Shown here: positions 61,765 through 64,000 of the stretch, one piece after another | How the letters are laid out: every line of letters starts with the position of its first letter | Numbering within the stretch: position 1 is the first letter of the stretch | Source of the DNA: Eledone cirrhosa | Lineage: Eukaryota | Assembly: GCA_964016885.1 (NCBI GenBank) | Contig: OZ024743.1 | Span: forward strand, 159,154,001 to 159,218,000 | Length of the DNA: 64,000 nt | Reading direction: 5' to 3' | The notes under the pieces: model-generated | Database searches by the model: none | What the model saw: only the letters and a program-made list of their open reading frames with translations | Told to the model about the DNA's origin: nothing | Made by a program: the position numbers and the translations under genes

Positions 61765-63600
61765 GTTAGCCAAAGTCTCACAACCACTGGTAGCTGCTGT
61801 TGAACGTCTGACCAAGAACTGGTACACCAATTTGATCCTTAGAGGTGAGAAGGAGCAGGTTAAGGCTGATAAGATACATTACCAGAAGGGCATCTTTCAG
61901 GGTGATAGCTTGTCAGTGCTACTCTTCGTTATTTCACTAAATCCACTATCTTACCTACTCAGGAAAAAAGGTGGACAAAGAAGTGGGTCCAGAAGTATCT
62001 CCCATCTTTTCTTTGTTGATGACCTGAAGTTGTATGGGCCAAATATCAATGACATCAAGAAACAATTGGACCTCATTACACAATTTTCAACAGACATCAA
62101 AATCAAATTTGGTGAGTCCAAGTGTGCATATTTGGCAGTAAAACGTGGAAGAGCTGTGCCCTCCTCTAGAAATCTAGAGATGAACGGCCTGACAATACAA
62201 CCTCTACAATCAGGTGACAACTACAGATATCTTGGACAGGATGAGAATGTCAGATATGATGGACCCATAAATAAGGAGAGAACCAGAACCTAATACCTCA
62301 GAAGAGTAAAGAAAATATGGTCATCAGAACTGTTAGTGTACAACAAGTACGCTGACAGCCACAATACTTATGCGGTGCCAATTCTAAAACCAACATTTTC
62401 CTGCTGAACTGGTCATTGCAAGAACTAAGTGAGATGGATGTTAGAACTCGCAAACTTCTCAGTGTAACTGGGAACTTTAACATCAACGGTGATGTGGATA
62501 TGCTATACTTCTCACGCAAGGAAGGTGGCCGGGATCTAAAATCCATATTAATATCATATGAGACCCGGATAGTAACACTGAAGCAACATCTTCAACAGAG
62601 GAAAAAGGTTGGCAACCATCTTGCCCTGGTTTATGAGCATGAAAAAAGAAATATCATTAGAATAGCGACTGATCTGGAGGAGAGATATGGAATAAAGCCT
62701 GATATAAATCTCTCACCCAGAGAAATCGGAAGATCCTATACAATGTTCAAACAAGATGAAAAAATTGACCAATTTACAGAAAAAGTGGCACATGGATACT
62801 TGAGACGTAAAACACAGACCATAGAGGGGATAAACCACTCAAAAAGCATGGCATGGAGTTCCGACAAGTTTATGACACCACACCTTGAGGGATATTATTA
62901 TTATGCAATACAAGAACAAGAACTCCCTACCAAATATCTGCTGTACAAAGAGGAGGGCCATCAGCTGAAAATAAATGTAGGTTATGTAAAACAAAGATCG
63001 AACATGTAAGCCACATTGTTACCAGCTGCGAAAGAATGTCATCACGCTACTACCTCCCCATGAGACACGATGGGATAGCTAGAACCATCTGGAACGCACT
63101 TCGGAAAACAAAATTAACAGCAAACGAGGAGGAATATATTGAGACAGATTGCACTAAGGAATACCGGTGGAACCTGAAAATAAAAACTGCCACCAAATTA
63201 AAGCACAACCGGCCTGATACTGTTGTTTGGGACCTCACACTGAAAACGTGTTCTGTTGTGGAGATCAGCTGCCCACTTGATATAAACGTTGTCAGAAAAA
63301 TACAGGAGAAGAAGGACATCTACGGACCATTGGTGAGGCGTTTAAAAATCCAGTATCCAATATACACCTTTAGCTTCATACCCATCATTATTGGAGCTAC
63401 GGGTTATATACCAACCCGCTTGGACCAATGTATAACTGAACTTGAATTTTCGGACAAAGATCTCAGCTCCTTAATTCATAGTCTACAAATGGCTGCGATA
63501 GCTGGCACCTTCAAAATTTGCTAAACATTATTGCGATTCAAGGATGACAATTTCTTTTCTTTTACAACCTTGCCACCAGGAAGGTGGCCGGTCAAAAATA
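61765..63600 (+). mobile_element. 5'-truncated R4/Dong-like RLE LINE
   Basis: GIFQGDSLS, HLFFVDDLKLY, RHD, HNRPD, EISCPLD, PIIIGATG. Confidence 0.88.
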
Positions 63601-64000
63601 TACTCGAAATTAAGAGAAAGAGATAAACATACATACATACGTTGTATAATTCTAAATCTCCTGACATAATGTACGTTAATTCTAACATAAACGAATTTCA
63701 AACAATGAGATATAGTATCATCATGCTTTAAGTATATCATTAATCATATCGTTTGAAGAAAGTTTGTTTTATCTTAAACACATGAGCATAGAACAGCAGT
63801 TTTATTTCAATTGTGTTTCTTTTTGTTGTAGACAGAAGCACACTTTTGTAAAACTAATTTGTGACAGCGTGAAATGCGATTATCTTAAAGGCACTATATA
63901 TTTACTGTGTTCAAATGTAAATAAGGAGTTCCTTGCATTCTGGTTGTTAACTTTCAATTTTAGAAACTAGTTATTACACCTCTTAATATAATGAATCAGC

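Overview
AT-rich animal genomic DNA, almost entirely nested transposable elements and microsatellites. The SINE families suggest a cephalopod such as Octopus; this is inference. The main element is an apparently intact Tx1/L1-type non-LTR retrotransposon (7680-13701, minus strand, ORF1 plus EN-RT ORF2) embedded in (AAT)n, accompanied by truncated and diverged relatives. Also present: R4/Dong-like RLE LINEs, four Penelope-like elements with several hammerhead-ribozyme motifs, a decayed Ty3/Gypsy element with a -1 frameshift signal, three Helitron pieces, RTE and CR1-like fragments, and about 15 copies of a tRNA-derived SINE whose 3' tail resembles the Tx1 3' end. One convincing host exon (19706-19800, minus) encodes a signal peptide. 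Most notable: conserved RNA-level signals in the Tx1 family (UUCG/GNRA hairpins in the 5' UTR, a splice-donor-like GGTAAGTG over the ORF1 stop, a covarying 3' UTR hairpin), shared (AAT)n insertion sites, and several fold-back palindromes, some built from hammerhead cores. All calls were made by eye; no database searches or folding programs were run.
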